A stretch of DNA of 64,000 nt, from positions 1,728,001 to 1,792,000 of the forward strand of contig CAXXTU010000002.1 of NCBI GenBank assembly GCA_963662655.2. Reading direction: 5' to 3'. The position numbers and the translations under genes were made by a program. Below, one piece after another: positions 59,017 through 64,000 of this stretch. Under the pieces are notes generated by a model, which did no database searches, was not told where the DNA came from, and saw only the letters and a list, made by a program, of their open reading frames with translations. Each line of letters begins with the position of its first letter. Position 1 is the stretch's first letter. This stretch comes from Candidatus Cloacimonadales bacterium (GTDB taxonomy: Bacteria > Cloacimonadota > Cloacimonadia > Cloacimonadales > JAIOQZ01).

Positions 59017-59661
59017 CTACCCCCTTACCTTGATCAAACGCAAGTTCTCGATAGCATAGTGGATCGGAAACGCCTCCTGCCAAACAGGATCGTGGCTGAT
59101 ACATAAAACTGCTGCCGGGCAACGATGTAGGATGAAATCAAGCACCATACGGGAAATGTCCTTGTCCAGCGCTGACGACGGCTCGTCCAGAAGAAGAACC
59201 TCCGGCTGCAACATCATGGCACGCACCATTGCCACTCGCTGCTTCTCACCACCCGAAAGCTTTTCGGTGGATTGATTCAGAATCTCTTCCGGAAGCTTGA
59301 AGGAGTTGAGCAACAGCTTCAGCCGATCCTCGGAAAACTCGCGTTGCCGATTCGCACGAAAGTCAAACGGCTTACGCATCGAATCAATAACCTTGCCCCG
59401 CCCCAGGAACGGTTCCTGCATCACCTCGACAATCCGGTGCCGGATATCGATGGGATTCATCTCCCTGACATCCTCGCCATGAAATTTTACTGCGCCGTTC
59501 CAGCCCATCGTCATTCGGTTAAGCGTGTGTATCAGGGAAGTCTTCCCGGAACCCGTTTCTCCGCTGAGCACGACCTTGCCTTCCGGAGGTATCTCGAGCA
59601 GGACATTCTCCAGAAGCGTCCTTGCCCCGTGAAACAAGCGATCCAACCTGATCTCAATCAT
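59017..59661 (-). CDS. ABC ATPase, YbbL/FetA-like
   Basis: GETGSGKT, LSGGEKQR, LLLDEPSSALD. Confidence 0.9.
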   Translation of the reverse strand: MIEIRLDRLFHGARTLLENVLLEIPPEGKVVLSGETGSGKTSLIHTLNRMTMGWNGAVKFHGEDVREMNPIDIRHRIVEVMQEPFLGRGKVIDSMRKPFDFRANRQREFSEDRLKLLLNSFKLPEEILNQSTEKLSGGEKQRVAMVRAMMLQPEVLLLDEPSSALDKDISRMVLDFILHRCPAAVLCISHDPVWQEAFPIHYAIENLRLIKVRG

Positions 59662-59683
59662 ACCTGTCCTTTATCACTCAATG

Positions 59684-60739
59684 TTATAACCATTTCTTGC
59701 GCTTGAAAAACAACAACATCACGACAACCACGATTACCAGAATGAACAGCACGGCCGGATAGCCCCAGTGGAACTCCAACTCCGGCATGTAACGGAAATT
59801 CATGCCATACAATCCAACAATGAAGCTGAGTGGAATAAATATGGTCGAGATGATCGTGAGCGTCTTCATGACTTCGTTCATGCGGTTGCTTATGTTCGAC
59901 ATGTACAGCTCGATCAAGCTGGTGATGCTCTCGCGCAAGGCATCCACAGAGTCTCGTATCATGACGGCATGCTCGAAAAGGTCGTGGTAGTACATGCTCA
60001 AATCCGTGCCGTTGCTGAGACGTATTTCCTTGTCCAGGCGGTTCATCATCTCATATACGTGTCGCGAATCCTTTCGGAGCTCGAGAACGTCCGAACGATA
60101 ACGATAGATATCGCGGATCGTCCCGGTACTTGGACTTTCAAGCACCGCATTCTCTGATTCTTCGAGGCGCTGCGTAATGTCTTCCAGAACCGGGAAATAA
60201 TAATCGAGCACGATATCCATCAAGCAGTAATACAGATAACAGACGCCCTGCCGTCGGATGCGCCCACTTCCCTCCATGATTCGCTTGCGTAAGGGTTCCA
60301 GAAACGACCGGTCTTCGGACTCCTGCATGGAGATCACCGTGTTTCCGGTCATGATGAGGCTGATCTGCTCCTTCTTCAGGATATCCTTCTCGTACTCGTA
60401 GCGATTCAGCAGGGAGAACACGTAATTGTCTTCTTCATAAATGCGGCAGAACTGCACCGTATGGAGGATGTCCTCCAAATGCAGCCCATGAATCCCGAAG
60501 CGTTGACCGAGATGCTGAACGAGATGCTCATCCACGGCCCTCGTGATATGAATCCAGTGAACCCGCTCCTTCGTCTCCGACCACGTCAGGATGTCTTTGA
60601 TCGTATCGATGTCGATATGCTCGGCATTATATGAAATGCACTCGACATCAGCAATCCCATCCCTTTTCTCACCTGTGTAAGCAAGACTCCCGGGAGCTGT
60701 CCCGATCTTCTTCCTGTTGTTTCTCTTGATTCGATGCAT
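59684..60739 (-). CDS. corA: Magnesium/cobalt transporter CorA
   Basis: G..PGSL, MNEVMKTLT, YGMNF..MPEL. Confidence 0.95.
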   Translation of the reverse strand: MHRIKRNNRKKIGTAPGSLAYTGEKRDGIADVECISYNAEHIDIDTIKDILTWSETKERVHWIHITRAVDEHLVQHLGQRFGIHGLHLEDILHTVQFCRIYEEDNYVFSLLNRYEYEKDILKKEQISLIMTGNTVISMQESEDRSFLEPLRKRIMEGSGRIRRQGVCYLYYCLMDIVLDYYFPVLEDITQRLEESENAVLESPSTGTIRDIYRYRSDVLELRKDSRHVYEMMNRLDKEIRLSNGTDLSMYYHDLFEHAVMIRDSVDALRESITSLIELYMSNISNRMNEVMKTLTIISTIFIPLSFIVGLYGMNFRYMPELEFHWGYPAVLFILVIVVVVMLLFFKRKKWL

Positions 60740-60748
60740 GCTCCCTTC

Positions 60749-61102
60749 TTACAGCTTCTTGTGGGTTTCGTTGATAAAAAAAGGTGGGGTGGTCTCATCA
60801 TTTTGTTTGAAAATGAAATCCAGCCGATTCCAAACAACAATTACGATCAAGGTCAGGGCCGGCAACAGTATCCAGTCGTCCCAGAACATCCTCTCTGAGA
60901 CACGCAACAACACTACGATGATGTAGGCGATCATCGCGGCAATCAACAGAAATCCGATGATCCACATCAATTTGTACCGCTTTCTCCAGGAAACCGGTAT
61001 ACCGTCGAGCTTTTTCACAGGATACAAATAGAATATCCCGCGTAAAAGGAAATAGGTTATCACCAGCAAAGGAATCAACAGGTAAACCCACAGCATGATC
61101 AC
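60749..61102 (-). CDS. Hypothetical membrane protein (3 TM)
   Basis: Hydrophobic ORF directly upstream of corA. Confidence 0.65.
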   Translation of the reverse strand: MIMLWVYLLIPLLVITYFLLRGIFYLYPVKKLDGIPVSWRKRYKLMWIIGFLLIAAMIAYIIVVLLRVSERMFWDDWILLPALTLIVIVVWNRLDFIFKQNDETTPPFFINETHKKL

Positions 61103-61240
61103 CTCGAAGTTTTTTTCTTACTATTCTCTAAGCTGCGTAATATTGTCAAGCTCGAAGAGGTTGAGACTGTTTCTCGCGATATCGATGATTTTTCGGATCA
61201 AAAAAAATTTTCCATTGACAAGAAAACGATTATACTGTTT

Positions 61241-62966
<1,726 letters not shown>

Positions 62967-62987
62967 ACCATTTCGCATTAGATTACG

Positions 62988-63014
62988 AGCCCCGAAGAAA
63001 TTCGGGGCTTTTTT
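62988..63014 (+). terminator. Intrinsic terminator after groL
   Basis: agccccgaa-gaaa-ttcggggct-ttttt. Confidence 0.85.
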
Positions 63015-63064
63015 CATAACATCCTTTTTTTAGCTATTCACAATGATTGACACAAACATTGAGG

Positions 63065-63928
63065 TTAATACCAAGCCTCATAAAACATTGATGTTGATGA
63101 AATTTTGCCGGATTTCTTCGTATTGCATCTGTGACACAGTAATTGCATATTGGTGACATCATTAGTTCCTCCCTTTACTAAAGGGACCATGTGGTCGAAG
63201 TACTCCTTATTGTTTAAACTAACCAAATTAGTCAAATCCTTGTTGCACAGAACACATCGACCACGATCTCGAAAAAAAACAGCTCTTTTAACCCATCTTG
63301 GTATATACACTCTTTTCAATCTGCCATCCGATGAAAAGTTGACTTTTTTATCACCAGCCATTTCATCAATCCTTTCCGTTGAAATCACTTCAGCAATAAG
63401 TGAATTGAAATCCAAAAGGATTTTTCTGTTCGAAAACAGCAGAAAAAAAACTTCACTTACTAACCTATCTAATAAACCGTAATAGAGCCCCGACTCTTGC
63501 AGATAAGAATAGTAATCATTGGCAATATCTATCTCAACTTTGTCATAGCTAATACCATAGTCCGATAACCATTGTAAAAATCCAATATGCACCATTCCGT
63601 ACTCTCTTAGAGCACCATTAATTGGAAGTTCTCGAATTAAGTCAGCATATGGATGAACATCTTTTACACGATTGTATTCATTTGATTTATTTTGAAAGTC
63701 TATTCTATATAACTCTTCGTAAAATAATCTATCGACTATAAATTCGATAAATTCATGGAGTATTGAAAATTTCTGATAGGGCTTATAGAAAAATAAGTTC
63801 ATTGGTTCCCCATAGAATTCATCAATAGCCCTACAATAATCCATTGTATTCTCAAGAACATTCTTAATAACACCAGCATAATAGTAAGTATATGAATATC
63901 GAATCTCGATGCTTTGCCTCTTGATCAT
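63065..63928 (-). CDS. HNH endonuclease domain protein (AT-rich, likely acquired)
   Basis: R..IP.WVKRAVFFRDRGRCVLC...DHMVPL.KGGTND..N.QLLC..CN.KKS. Confidence 0.88.
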   Translation of the reverse strand: MIKRQSIEIRYSYTYYYAGVIKNVLENTMDYCRAIDEFYGEPMNLFFYKPYQKFSILHEFIEFIVDRLFYEELYRIDFQNKSNEYNRVKDVHPYADLIRELPINGALREYGMVHIGFLQWLSDYGISYDKVEIDIANDYYSYLQESGLYYGLLDRLVSEVFFLLFSNRKILLDFNSLIAEVISTERIDEMAGDKKVNFSSDGRLKRVYIPRWVKRAVFFRDRGRCVLCNKDLTNLVSLNNKEYFDHMVPLVKGGTNDVTNMQLLCHRCNTKKSGKISSTSMFYEAWY

Positions 63929-64000
63929 AGCCTCTCCAAGAAACCAGTAATTACCTTATTCAATATATAAACATCTAAAAAAATTCACCTCAACAACATT

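Noticed and set aside
61215..61236. TTGACA...TATACT as the groL promoter
   Set aside because: Spacing is only 10 nt; the -35 may be real but this -10 pairing is not supportable.

Overview
Chromosomal window from an anaerobic diderm bacterium, most plausibly FCB group/Cloacimonadota. That assignment is inferred from several secreted proteins with YPNPFNP-type FlgD/T9SS-like C-terminal domains, a Na+-pumping methylmalonyl-CoA decarboxylase cluster and a DGGGP-synthase-like UbiA gene. Most of the window is housekeeping or envelope genes (MsbA-like ABC transporter, 2-oxoacid:ferredoxin oxidoreductase, mce/mmd, buk, argS, rsfS, corA, CIRCE-controlled groL). Three things stand out. (1) An intact-looking three-gene phage DNA-packaging operon (terS-terL-portal, 5634-8683) has its own sigma70-like promoter but no capsid, tail, integrase or lysis genes beside it. 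(2) About 11 kb away is an equally orphan cI/cro-like switch with face-to-face promoters and operators. (3) A family of six dispersed intergenic hairpins that I cannot name shows strong compensatory covariation, two conserved boxes with fixed bulges and G.T wobbles on one strand only. One copy carries a 72-bp tandem array in its loop, one is truncated or hybrid, and these two bracket the packaging operon. No rRNA, tRNA, CRISPR array or transposase was recognised. All product calls come from reading motifs by eye, not from database searches.
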